From an uncultured bacterium (GTDB lineage: Bacteria > Patescibacteriota > Minisyncoccia > Phycocordibacterales > GWA1-40-21), in NCBI GenBank assembly GCA_963716205.1, contig OY970290.1, positions 30,411 to 94,410 of the forward strand: a stretch of DNA of 64,000 nucleotides, given 5' to 3'. Within the stretch, counting starts at the first letter, position 1; each line of letters opens with the position of its first letter. Below, piece after piece: positions 1 through 9,120 of this stretch. Under the pieces are notes generated by a model that made no database searches, was not told the origin of the DNA, and saw only the letters and a program-made list of their open reading frames with translations. A program made the translations under genes and the position numbers.

Positions 1-120
1 TCTCGAAACTTTTGCGTACAAAAAATTTTCGGAAATTGTCATTCCGCTTTTGATTGCGTCTTCTATATCTTTCCGGCTTGCCCGATATTTCCTTTTCAGC
101 ATGGCACCACTATAACGCAT
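1..120 (-). CDS. rnpA: RNase P protein component RnpA, N-terminal part (gene runs off the window start)
   Basis: The reverse complement of 1-120 translates to MRYSGAMLKRKYRASRKDIEDAIKSGMTISENFLYAKVSR. This matches the RnpA N-terminal pattern (LKKRNRLKKNEDFQKVF.HG.S..N..F.LY). It lies downstream of rpmH in the classic rpmH-rnpA arrangement. It is not in the ORF track because it is truncated. Confidence 0.55.
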   Translation of the reverse strand, partial: MRYSGAMLKRKYRASRKDIEDAIKSGMTISENFLYAKVSR

Positions 121-123
121 AAA

Positions 124-152
124 ACAAAAATCCGCGATATGCGGATTTTTGT
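124..152 (-). terminator. Hairpin plus T-run between rpmH and rnpA (aaaaatccgc-gatat-gcggattttt); terminator or attenuator
   Basis: Perfect 9-bp stem flanked by an A-run and a T-run, seen in the sequence. Confidence 0.45.
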
Positions 153-302
153 TTATTTTCTTTTTTTGGAAACAGTGAGCTTTGCTCGTCCTTTCTGTCT
201 TCTTCGTTTAATAGTGTTTCTGCCGTATTTGCTCTTACTTCGCGATAGAAAACCGTGGGTTTTTGCCCGCTTTCTTTTATTTGGTTTGTATGTGAATGAC
301 AT
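153..302 (-). CDS. rpmH: 50S ribosomal protein L34
   Basis: Translation ...[42 protein letters not shown] aligns with the L34 consensus TFQPS.[35 protein letters not shown]. Start chosen at the internal Met (MSFTYKPN). Divergent from dnaA. Confidence 0.8.
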   Translation of the reverse strand: MSFTYKPNKRKRAKTHGFLSRSKSKYGRNTIKRRRQKGRAKLTVSKKRK

Positions 303-476
303 GAGAAAAGCATACATCAAAGTTGAAAAAATGTAAAGCATATTTTTCAAATTTTTTCTGTATAATGGTGGTGTCTCGTTTCAAAAAATTAATTTTTCTC
401 TGTCAACGTTTTATACACAGTTTGTGCACAAAAATAAATTTTCATGTATCAGCATATCAACCTATAATTGAAACAC

Positions 477-1808
477 ATGACGGACAACAAAACTCTTTGG
501 AACAATCTTCTCGCCCAGATAGAACTCGATATTTCGAAAGCAAATTTCAGTATGTGGTTCAAAGACACCTATATCATCAAACAGGAAGACGGCACCGTCT
601 ATCTTGGTGTTCCGAATATTTTTGTCAAAGACTGGTTGATGAACAAGTATCACAAAGACATCATGAAAAATCTTAGGAATTTCGGCGAGCATATACGAAA
701 TGTTGAATACATCGTATCAAAAGAGGAAAACAAAAATCACACAAAAGAGCCGGTGAATGTGAATGAGCTTCCGCTGAATGATTTTTATATCAACAAAGAA
801 GACAATTTGAATCCGAAATATACATTCAAAACATTTGTCATTGGTCCGTTTAACGAACTCGCTCATGCCGCCTCGCAGGCGATTTTGAAAAGAACCGCGA
901 CATACAACCCTCTTTTTATTTTCGGCTCGACCGGTCACGGCAAGACGCATTTGATCCAGGCAATCGGTAATCAATTCAAAGAGGATGATCAAAACAAGAA
1001 AATTTATTATATGACGAGCGAGCGGTTTGCAAATGATTATTTGAATTCCCTCAACAGCGGGGAAATAAACACCTTCAAAGAAAAATACAAGAAATACGAT
1101 GTTTTGATTATTGACGATATCCAATTTTTGTCCGCAAAAACAAAAACCCAGGAAGAATTTTTTCATTTGTTCAACAGCTTTCACGACAGCGGCAAGCAAT
1201 TGATCTTTTCCTCGGACAAACACCCGAACTTCATTACCGATATTGAAGATCGCATCAAATCAAGATTCAATGCCGGAATGATCCTTGAAATCCAAAAGCC
1301 TGAATTTGAATCAAGAATCCAAATTTTCAGAAAAAAAGCGTCTTTGATGAACCTGCTTCTTTCAAATGAAATGGTTGAGTTTCTGGCATCGTCTGTTGAT
1401 GGCAATATCCGTGAGCTTGAAGGCATCCTAAACCTTATTTTGTGCCAAACACAGCTGAAAAACAAGGAGTTGAACATAAATGAGGTTAAAGAACTGCTAA
1501 AAAACACTTCGAAACCGAAAAAAAATGTGTCTGCAAAAGATGTTATTCGTGTCGTTTCTGAATTTTACGGAATCGACGAGTCTACGGTATCGGAAAAAGG
1601 GAGAAAAAAAGAGGTTATCAAACCACGACAAGTGATTATGTATATTTTGCGTGAGGATTTTGATATTTCCTTTCCTTCAATTGGTGACAAAGTGGGAAAC
1701 CGTGATCATTCGACGGTTATTCATTCATATGAGAAAATCAAAAATGATTTAAAAACAAATCCTGAACTCGTCCAAGAAATAGACAGGATCCGATCGATGT
1801 TGAAATGA
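477..1808 (+). CDS. dnaA: Chromosomal replication initiator DnaA
   Basis: N-terminal LW..L..I...IS...F..WF pattern, AAA+ Walker A GSTGHGKTHL and Walker B LIIDDIQFL. C-terminal DnaA box-binding HTH (IGDKVGNRDHSTVIHSYEKI). ATG at 477 preferred over the upstream TTG. Confidence 0.92.
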   Translation: MTDNKTLWNNLLAQIELDISKANFSMWFKDTYIIKQEDGTVYLGVPNIFVKDWLMNKYHKDIMKNLRNFGEHIRNVEYIVSKEENKNHTKEPVNVNELPLNDFYINKEDNLNPKYTFKTFVIGPFNELAHAASQAILKRTATYNPLFIFGSTGHGKTHLIQAIGNQFKEDDQNKKIYYMTSERFANDYLNSLNSGEINTFKEKYKKYDVLIIDDIQFLSAKTKTQEEFFHLFNSFHDSGKQLIFSSDKHPNFITDIEDRIKSRFNAGMILEIQKPEFESRIQIFRKKASLMNLLLSNEMVEFLASSVDGNIRELEGILNLILCQTQLKNKELNINEVKELLKNTSKPKKNVSAKDVIRVVSEFYGIDESTVSEKGRKKEVIKPRQVIMYILREDFDISFPSIGDKVGNRDHSTVIHSYEKIKNDLKTNPELVQEIDRIRSMLK

Positions 1809-2003
1809 TTGTTTATAATATATGGAAAAGATATGGAGAATTTATTTGAAAACATGTTGAGAAATTATGGATAAAAAATCAAGAAAAAATAAATAACAAA
1901 CAATACACACTATAAATACACAAGAAATTAAATTTAAAGTTATAAAATAAAGATTATAAACATATAAACATATAAACAAGTATAATAAAAATAAAGATAT
2001 ATT

Positions 2004-3104
2004 ATGAAAATAGAATGTATAAAAGAAAAACTTCATGTCGCGGTGTCGAAAGCGGAAAAAATCGTAGGAAGAAATTCCAACATCCCTATATTATCTTGTT
2101 TATTATTTGAAACAAAAGGGAATAATCTAGTTATTAAATCAACAAATTTGGATTTAGGTTTGGAAATAACTATTCCGGTAAAAATACTCGAGCAAGGAAA
2201 GGTGGCTGTTCCAGCAACTATTTTAAGTAGTTTTTTGAATAATATTAATGACGATAAAAATGTTTTTTTGGAAACAAAAGAAAATATTTTGAATATCCAC
2301 ACCCAAAACAGTGAGGTGAATATAAAAACAATATCATTTGAAGATTTTCCAACCATTCCATATATTGAGAATGGAAAAATAATAAAAATACACTCAAAAG
2401 ATTTTATAAATGGCATCAAATCCGTAATTTACAGTGCGTCATTATCATCCGTCAAACCGGAACTTTCCAGTGTATACATGTACTCTATTGAAGATCAGTT
2501 ATTTTTTGTCGCAACCGATTCATTCCGTCTTGCTGAAAAAACAATAAAAACAAAGAAAAATACAGCAATCCACGGAATTCTCATGCCATTTAAAAATGCA
2601 GCTGACACACTAAAAATTATTGATACCATTGACGAAGAAATAGAAATAAATTCAACAAAAAATCAAATTTCCCTGACTTTTAACGGGATGTATTTGGTCT
2701 CAAGGGTTATTGACGGCGTATTCCCCGATTATAAACAAATAATTCCCAAAGAAGAAAAAACAAAGGTGACGGTTTTGAAACAAGATCTGATCAATACATT
2801 GAAAATATCAAGTATTTTTTCCGATAATTTCAACCAAATAAATATAAGTATTGCTGCAGGCGAAAAATATGTCGAAATCAAAACAAAAAATGCGAATATT
2901 GGCGAAAATACGAATAAAATAGAAGCGACGGTGGAAGGTGAGAGTGTCGAAGTGAATTTCAATCACCGATACATTGTTGACTGTCTTAATTCGATTTCCT
3001 CGGACAGTATTTCCTTATTTTTCAACGGTATTAACAAGCCGCTTGTCATTCGTGGAACTTCCGACAAAACATTCATGTATCTGGTAATGCCGATGAATAG
3101 ATAA
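2004..3104 (+). CDS. dnaN: DNA polymerase III beta sliding clamp
   Basis: Three-domain ~366 aa protein directly downstream of dnaA. N-terminus MKIECIKEKLHVAVSKAEKIV..NIPILSCLLFE is typical of DnaN. Confidence 0.9.
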   Translation: MKIECIKEKLHVAVSKAEKIVGRNSNIPILSCLLFETKGNNLVIKSTNLDLGLEITIPVKILEQGKVAVPATILSSFLNNINDDKNVFLETKENILNIHTQNSEVNIKTISFEDFPTIPYIENGKIIKIHSKDFINGIKSVIYSASLSSVKPELSSVYMYSIEDQLFFVATDSFRLAEKTIKTKKNTAIHGILMPFKNAADTLKIIDTIDEEIEINSTKNQISLTFNGMYLVSRVIDGVFPDYKQIIPKEEKTKVTVLKQDLINTLKISSIFSDNFNQINISIAAGEKYVEIKTKNANIGENTNKIEATVEGESVEVNFNHRYIVDCLNSISSDSISLFFNGINKPLVIRGTSDKTFMYLVMPMNR

Positions 3105-3107
3105 ACC

Positions 3108-3362
3108 ATGTTTGATATTGCCCGCTATCTGGAAAAGTTCAAAAAATTCTCCCAATCCAGGGATTTTTTGAGAAATTCCGTGGCGGAAAGCATAGAAGAA
3201 ATCTGCAATATAGAAATTGATCCAAAAAAGATTGTTGTGAAGGATGGTGTTGCCTGGATCAGCGAACGACCCATTGTAAAAAGCGAAATTTTCCTGAAAA
3301 AAACTAAGATTTTGGAGCTTTTAAACAAAAAACTTGAAAATAAAATCAGTGAGATTTTATAA
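3108..3362 (+). CDS. DUF721 / DciA-like small protein
   Basis: 84 aa, 3 nt after the dnaN stop. Pattern ...DGVAWISERPIVKSEIFLKK..ILELL resembles DUF721 proteins, which are commonly encoded next to dnaN. Confidence 0.45.
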   Translation: MFDIARYLEKFKKFSQSRDFLRNSVAESIEEICNIEIDPKKIVVKDGVAWISERPIVKSEIFLKKTKILELLNKKLENKISEIL

Positions 3363-3867
3363 CCCTGTAATGTAATTGCACCGTATCTTTATTCATTTTA
3401 TTTATTTCTAGAAGTTCCAAGTCGTATTCAAAATTATCATCATTGAATATTTTTATTCCCTTACCAAACAATAAAGGTTCGATATCAAGATATATTTCAT
3501 CTATCAGCCCTTCTTTCATGAAAGAACTATTTAATTGACCTCCGCCAGCCAAAAAAGCAGTTTTGAAACCTCTATCTTCAAGTAATTGAATAATATCCTT
3601 TGGGGATTTGTTTGTAATCAATACTTTATCACCCCACGTATTTTTTATTGATTCGTGAGAGACAACAATATTCAAAGCGTCGGGAAATGGGAAAAATTCC
3701 TTCTCAATAATATATAAATGAGTATTTTTTCCCATGATAACATTTCCAACTTTTTTACTCAGCTCATAAAAACCTTTCAGATCTTCGTCGGAAGTAAATT
3801 CCGAGTCACCGTTTTGTTTGGCAATATATCCATTTGCCGAAATACCCATGTAAAGAATTAATTTCAT
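3346..3867 (-). CDS. Dihydrofolate reductase family protein (RibD C-terminal domain-like)
   Basis: MKLILYMGISANGYIA...GDSEFTS..D...VIMGKNT... is the characteristic RibD_C / DHFR-like fold signature. Length 173 aa. Confidence 0.7.
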   Translation of the reverse strand: MKLILYMGISANGYIAKQNGDSEFTSDEDLKGFYELSKKVGNVIMGKNTHLYIIEKEFFPFPDALNIVVSHESIKNTWGDKVLITNKSPKDIIQLLEDRGFKTAFLAGGGQLNSSFMKEGLIDEIYLDIEPLLFGKGIKIFNDDNFEYDLELLEINKMNKDTVQLHYRVIKSH

Positions 3868-3878
3868 ATAAAATATAT

Positions 3879-6428
3879 TTATTGATTAATCGTAATCGGT
3901 ATCGTAATGTCGCCTTCGTTATATACACTGTCGGTTACCGCGACTTTTAAATTATTTACTCCGGGAAGAAGCGATTGAAAAGAGGACGGAATAAAACTGA
4001 ACACAAACGGCGCGGTGTCTGATGTGCCGATAAGCTGGTTGTTCAGGTAAAAATTTGCGCTCGCCACCGGATATGTTGAGTGCGTAGTAAACGCTATCAT
4101 GATGCGGCTGCTCGAGCCGTAAGTTCCGTTTTGTGTCGGCGAAACAAGGTTGATAGTAGGTATATTTGCCGGTATATGAACATTATCATACATAGTCGGT
4201 TCAACGACTGCCGGTTGCGGATGGGTCAAGAGCCATTGCTGAATCGGATATTCCCAGAGATTGTATTGCGGGTCGGTCGTCGGGTCTGACGGCTGTGGTC
4301 CATTCGGATCATCTTTGTCCACCCAATAAAGAATCGAGTGGATATTTGGTATCGCAATTTCTTCTTTTGTTTCGGGCGGCGTGGAGCTTGTTGCAAGCAA
4401 TCCTGAAACTTTATCGATGAAAAAAGTATCATCCCCCTGCCAAATTCCGCGAAGCACCGGTTTGAGTGTTGGATCAATCGGCAAGGGCTTGTTAAAATCA
4501 TCAACACTGGTGCTTGCGAGCGCAACAGCCATGAGTTGCTGCCAAAGTGGTGCAACGATCAGTCCAGCGACATTTTTTACCATTGGTGTGTTGTCATTAT
4601 TGCCCGCCCACGTGCCGACGACGACGTCCGGTGTGTAGCCGATTGTCCATGCATCTCGGGAATCATTCGTCGTGCCTGTTTTTGCGGCAACTTCTCTTCC
4701 AGGAAACATAAATACGGAATTTGCACCGTATTCCGGCGCTTTGGCAACATTGTCTGAAAGAACATCATTCATCAGATCTGCAATGTTTGGTTGCAGTATC
4801 CGCGTGCTGCTTGTCGCGTATTGTTCAACAACATTTCCTTGACCGTCCGTTACCGAAAGAATTCCCGTGTAAGGGTTTCTGACGCCATCATTTGCGAAGA
4901 CACCGTATGCACTTGTCATATCAAGCAAAGAAACTTCTCCTCCGCCAAGAACGAGCGTCAGGCCGTATTGATTTGGATCATCGGAAAGACTGGTAATACC
5001 CATTGCTTTTGCAGTGTCGAGCGAATCTTGCTGTCCGGCGAGATAAAAAAGCTGAATGGAAGGAATATTCAAAGATAAATCGAGCGCTGTACGCAGAGAT
5101 ACTGGGCCGCGGTAGAGCCCGTCAAAATCTTGGGGCATATAGCATGCGGTTGAAGAAGAGACAACCATGTTCGGATCGATTTCCTGCCCTTGCGGATTGC
5201 AGGTGGTTTGAAATTCAGTCGGCAGATCAAAAAGAACCGTATCTGGTGTGTATCCTTTTTCAAAAGCGGTCGCATAAATGAACGGCTTGAATGTCGATCC
5301 GGGTTGTCGGTAGGCGAGCGCCACATTGAACTGACCGTCTGTTGTTGTGGAGAAATAATTTTCCGATCCGATCATGGCGAGAATTTGTCCCGTCTTCGGA
5401 TCGATTGCGACCGCCGCGGTATTTGATGCGTTGAAATTTTTCTGAAGTGTCGGCGCATAATTTGTCACGATTTTTTCCATTTGCGACTGCAAGCTGTAAT
5501 CAAGCGTCGTGATAACTTTATATCCATTTTCCTCCACCGCATCCTCGCCGTATTTATTGACCAGATATTGCTCTATGAATTCGACAAAGTGGGGAGCAAG
5601 AATACCATTTGGCGACGGGGGTTCAAACTGGACATTTTCTGCTGCCGCTTCATTGTATTGGTTTTGAGTGATGAATTTATTATCGAGCATTTTTTGTAGC
5701 ACGAGATTTTTCCTGGCGTCAAGCTCTGTTTTATTTTGTCCATAGGGAGAATAATAGGTCGGTGCATTTGCAATCGCGGCGATATATGCAGCTTGAGCAA
5801 GATCAACATTTGCCGAGCTTGTCCCGAAGAATTTCTGGCTGGCTTCCTCGACGCCGTAGGTATTTCCGCCGTACGGATTTCCATTAAGATATAGGGAAAG
5901 AATATCATCCTTGCTCATTTGCTTTTCAAGTTCCATTGAGAGTACAATTTCTTTTAATTTTCTTGAAATGCTTTTTTCATTTGTCAGAACGGAATTTTTA
6001 ATGACTTGCTGGGTGATGGTGGAGCCGCCCTGGCTGAAACTGCCGGAAAAAACATCGACGAGAAGCGATCGTACGATCGATGTTATTTTTATAGCTCCCT
6101 CCGAATAAAAACTCGGATCCTCAATGGCAACGGTTGCATCTTTAATATATTGGCTGATTTCGTCAAACGGCACGACAGTTCTATTTTGATCCTGATGAAT
6201 ACTGTAAAGCAAAACCGTTCCCGTACGGTCATATATATTTGTTGACTGGGCGACTTTAATCGTATTGAATGATGAAAGATCCGGAAGCTTGAAAGTGGAA
6301 ATCCATAACGCAATGCAGCCGAAGAAAATCAAAATAAGCGCGGCGATGCCGATAAAAATCGCTTTTTTGTCGTGTTTCCAGGTATGTCTTATTGAATGAA
6401 CGATTCTTTTGGTGTGTTTTTGAACCAT
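3879..6428 (-). CDS. Class A penicillin-binding protein (transglycosylase/transpeptidase, PBP1A-like)
   Basis: N-terminal TM anchor, a GT51 motif (EDPSFY), and transpeptidase motifs STFKPF (SxxK), SLN and KTGTT. There is a long C-terminal extension. Confidence 0.88.
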   Translation of the reverse strand: MVQKHTKRIVHSIRHTWKHDKKAIFIGIAALILIFFGCIALWISTFKLPDLSSFNTIKVAQSTNIYDRTGTVLLYSIHQDQNRTVVPFDEISQYIKDATVAIEDPSFYSEGAIKITSIVRSLLVDVFSGSFSQGGSTITQQVIKNSVLTNEKSISRKLKEIVLSMELEKQMSKDDILSLYLNGNPYGGNTYGVEEASQKFFGTSSANVDLAQAAYIAAIANAPTYYSPYGQNKTELDARKNLVLQKMLDNKFITQNQYNEAAAENVQFEPPSPNGILAPHFVEFIEQYLVNKYGEDAVEENGYKVITTLDYSLQSQMEKIVTNYAPTLQKNFNASNTAAVAIDPKTGQILAMIGSENYFSTTTDGQFNVALAYRQPGSTFKPFIYATAFEKGYTPDTVLFDLPTEFQTTCNPQGQEIDPNMVVSSSTACYMPQDFDGLYRGPVSLRTALDLSLNIPSIQLFYLAGQQDSLDTAKAMGITSLSDDPNQYGLTLVLGGGEVSLLDMTSAYGVFANDGVRNPYTGILSVTDGQGNVVEQYATSSTRILQPNIADLMNDVLSDNVAKAPEYGANSVFMFPGREVAAKTGTTNDSRDAWTIGYTPDVVVGTWAGNNDNTPMVKNVAGLIVAPLWQQLMAVALASTSVDDFNKPLPIDPTLKPVLRGIWQGDDTFFIDKVSGLLATSSTPPETKEEIAIPNIHSILYWVDKDDPNGPQPSDPTTDPQYNLWEYPIQQWLLTHPQPAVVEPTMYDNVHIPANIPTINLVSPTQNGTYGSSSRIMIAFTTHSTYPVASANFYLNNQLIGTSDTAPFVFSFIPSSFQSLLPGVNNLKVAVTDSVYNEGDITIPITINQ

Positions 6429-6496
6429 TGCGGCACATTATACCATATTTGTGGGTATTCAGTGCAAAAAAATGCGGATTATGCTACATTTTGAGC

Positions 6497-7696
6497 ATGA
6501 TAAACACTGATCCGAAGAAAATAGAGGAATTTCTCACTCGTGGTGTTGAAAATATTTTTCCAAACAAAGTATTTGTCCAAAAAGAGCTTCAAAGCGGAAA
6601 AAGATTGAAAATGTATCTTGGCATCGATCCGACCGGACCAACGCTTCACATGGGCCATGCGGTTCAATTGAAAAAATTAAAAGAATTCCAGGATCTCGGG
6701 CATGAAGTCGTCATGCTTATCGGAGATTTTACCGCAATGATCGGCGATCCGACGGATAAAGCGGCAACTAGAAAACAGCTTACTCGAAAACAGGTGATGC
6801 TTAATGCGAAGCTCTACAAAAAACAAGCATCAGTGTTTTTAAAATTTGGTTTTGGCGGAGCAAAAATAAAATACAACTCAAAATGGCTTGAGAAAATGAA
6901 ATTTCAGGATGTCGTCAACCTTGCTTCAAAAACAACCGTTGATCAATTACTGAAAAGAGAAATGTTTCAAAAAAGAATGGGTGAAAACAAACCCATCTAC
7001 AACCATGAATTTTTATATCCGCTGATGCAAGGATACGATAGCGTTGTTCTAAAAGTAGACGGCGAGATCGGCGGGAATGACCAGATGTTCAACATGCTTG
7101 TCGGGCGAGATCTTGAAAAAAATATTTTGAATAAAGAAAAATTTGTCATCGCTACAAAACTTTTGGCTGATAATTCCGGAATCAAAATGGGAAAGACGGA
7201 AGGAAATATGGTCGCTTTGAATGATTCGCCGGAAGAAATGCTCGGTAAGGTGATGTCATGGACGGACGGAATGATTTTGCCGGCATTTGAAATTTGCACC
7301 TATGCGCCGATAGAAGAAATTGAGAAAATAAAAATGAAAATAGAGAACGGAGCAAATCCTCGCGATCTCAAGATGCGATTGGCAAAAGAGATTGTGACCA
7401 TCTATCACGGAGCTGAAAAAGCAAAAAAAGCGGAGGAAAATTTCATTGAAACTTTCAAAAAAGGCGGTGTGCCGGAAAATATTGAGCAAGTGAAAGGTGG
7501 AAATAACAGACTTCTTTCTGAAGTTTTACTCGGCGCAAAAATTGTCGAGTCAAAATCCGATTTCAGAAGATTGGTGCTTGAAGGCGCGGTATCCGATGCA
7601 GTATCAGGTGAAAAAATTACCGATCCAAATTATAAAGTTGAAAAAGAAATTACTCTCAAAATAGGGAAGAAGAGGTTTGTAAAGATAAATTTATAA
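6497..7696 (+). CDS. tyrS: Tyrosyl-tRNA synthetase
   Basis: HIGH-type motif HMGH, KMSKS-type motif KMGKT, and a C-terminal S4-like domain. Internal ATG chosen to avoid overlap with the divergent PBP start. Confidence 0.9.
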   Translation: MINTDPKKIEEFLTRGVENIFPNKVFVQKELQSGKRLKMYLGIDPTGPTLHMGHAVQLKKLKEFQDLGHEVVMLIGDFTAMIGDPTDKAATRKQLTRKQVMLNAKLYKKQASVFLKFGFGGAKIKYNSKWLEKMKFQDVVNLASKTTVDQLLKREMFQKRMGENKPIYNHEFLYPLMQGYDSVVLKVDGEIGGNDQMFNMLVGRDLEKNILNKEKFVIATKLLADNSGIKMGKTEGNMVALNDSPEEMLGKVMSWTDGMILPAFEICTYAPIEEIEKIKMKIENGANPRDLKMRLAKEIVTIYHGAEKAKKAEENFIETFKKGGVPENIEQVKGGNNRLLSEVLLGAKIVESKSDFRRLVLEGAVSDAVSGEKITDPNYKVEKEITLKIGKKRFVKINL

Positions 7697-7699
7697 TTT

Positions 7700-8180
7700 A
7701 TGAGAATCATCGCAATCGACCCCGGATATGAAAGAATGGGTGTGGCAATCATAGAAAAAAATTCAAATAAAGAGAATTTAGTTTTTTCCGAGTGTTTCAA
7801 AACGTCCGCGAAAATTCCGCATGAAGAAAGATTAAAACTCATTGGGCAGGAAATAGAAAAATGTATCAAAAAATACGAGCCGCAAGCGATGGCGATTGAA
7901 ACGCTTTTTTTTACCAACAATCAAAAGACTGCGATGCATGTCTCGGAAGCTCGCGGAGTGATGCTCTATGTCGCGTCAGTTACGAGACTTTCTGTCGCAG
8001 AATTTTCCCCCATGGCGATTAAAGTTGCAGTGACCGGATACGGAGGCAAGCGATAAAGAGCAGGTGACGGCTATGGTGCAGAAACTCATTCAAACAAAAA
8101 CCGATATTAAATATGACGACGAATACGATGCGATAGCGGTCGGACTGACTTTTTTTGCTACGAATTCAAATAGAAAATAA
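7700..8180 (+). pseudogene. ruvC: Holliday junction resolvase RuvC, interrupted by an apparent +1 frameshift near 8046-8053 (the annotated ORF ends at 8056)
   Basis: Frame A gives MRIIAIDPGYERMGVAII...VAVTGYGGKR*. The +1 frame continues from 8040 as TEASDKEQVTAMVQKLIQTKTDIKYDDEYDAIAVGLTFF* to 8180. That is the conserved RuvC C-terminus (GYG-A-KEQVQ.MV..LL.......DAADALAIA). Total length 481 nt, which is 160 codons plus 1 nt. Confidence 0.7.
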
Positions 8181-8183
8181 TTT

Positions 8184-8438
8184 TTACCACTCGGCAGGAT
8201 TGTAATCCAAATCTTCTTCGTCCTCATCGTCATCGCCGTCAACGGTACCTTCATCATCAACAAGAAGCGGATCAATGGGTTCAACAGCTGCCGGTTCCTC
8301 AAACGCATCGAGAACACCATCGGAAATAACTCCGGTTTCTTTCACCTCTTCTTCTTCTTTTACTTCCTCTTTTGGAATTTCTTTTTTAACTTCCTTCAAT
8401 TTTTTTTCCGGTTTTGTGCTTTTACCTTTCGCTTTCAT
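8184..8438 (-). CDS. Small highly acidic hypothetical protein
   Basis: 84 aa with a K-rich N-terminus and a D/E-rich C-terminus. Convergent with ruvC, abutting but not overlapping the extended ruvC frame. No recognisable family. Confidence 0.4.
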   Translation of the reverse strand: MKAKGKSTKPEKKLKEVKKEIPKEEVKEEEEVKETGVISDGVLDAFEEPAAVEPIDPLLVDDEGTVDGDDDEDEEDLDYNPAEW

Positions 8439-8544
8439 GGTGTATATCTTTTATTAATTGCTCTTTTTGAGCTAATGAAGATATTCTCCAAAATTATAAA
8501 AAATTTGCAAGCAAATAAGACTGTTGACAACTTTTCGAATGCAA

Positions 8545-9075
8545 TTACTCCGCGTTCGTATATATTTCCTGTACTTCCTCGTTGTTTTCGAGATCATCAA
8601 TAAGCTTTTCGAGCGCAGGTGCATCGGCATCGCCGACTTGCACCATTGTTTTTGGCATCCAGCCTTCGGGTGTTTTCTCAAACGCCCATGATGCACTTCC
8701 GGAGGTTGCGAGCGAAGTGCCGTTCTCGGAAAGAATATGCTTAATTTCCGCAGCTGCTTTATTTTTATTGGAAGTCAAAGCTTCAATGATAAGCGCCACG
8801 CCGGCAGGACCGTATGCTTCGTAAGTAATGAGTTCCATTTGTTCTGCACTGGCTCCCGTGGCTTTTTTGATTGCTCGCTCGATATTGTCGTTTGGCATGT
8901 CAAAAGAACGAGCTTTTTCAATCGCGGCTCGCAACCCAGGGGAGAGCATATTGCCGTTGGCTTTTTTTGCTTCAATCTGAAGTATCTTTGCCATTTTGGT
9001 GAAGACGGCACTTTTCTGCGCATCGGTCTTGGCTTTCAATCGTTTTATTTTTGAAAATTTATTATGTCCAGACAT
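8545..9075 (-). CDS. YebC/PmpR-family transcriptional regulator, short form
   Basis: MSGHNKFSKIKRLKAKTDAQK..FTK...I...GNMLSPGLRAAIEKA is the YebC N-terminal signature (MAGHSKWANIKHRK...). It sits in the conserved yebC-ruvC-ruvB neighbourhood. At 176 aa it lacks the middle domain of the canonical ~240-aa protein. Confidence 0.75.
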   Translation of the reverse strand: MSGHNKFSKIKRLKAKTDAQKSAVFTKMAKILQIEAKKANGNMLSPGLRAAIEKARSFDMPNDNIERAIKKATGASAEQMELITYEAYGPAGVALIIEALTSNKNKAAAEIKHILSENGTSLATSGSASWAFEKTPEGWMPKTMVQVGDADAPALEKLIDDLENNEEVQEIYTNAE

Positions 9076-9120
9076 ATTTTTATATTGAAGAATATACCAT
9101 CAGATAGAAAAAAATAAAAG

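Noticed and set aside
3879-6428. Numerous 60-110 aa ORFs antisense to, or out of frame within, the PBP, ruvB, pilB, polA, ileS and other large genes
   Set aside because: They sit within strongly supported long coding regions and have no independent signals. Treated as noise.
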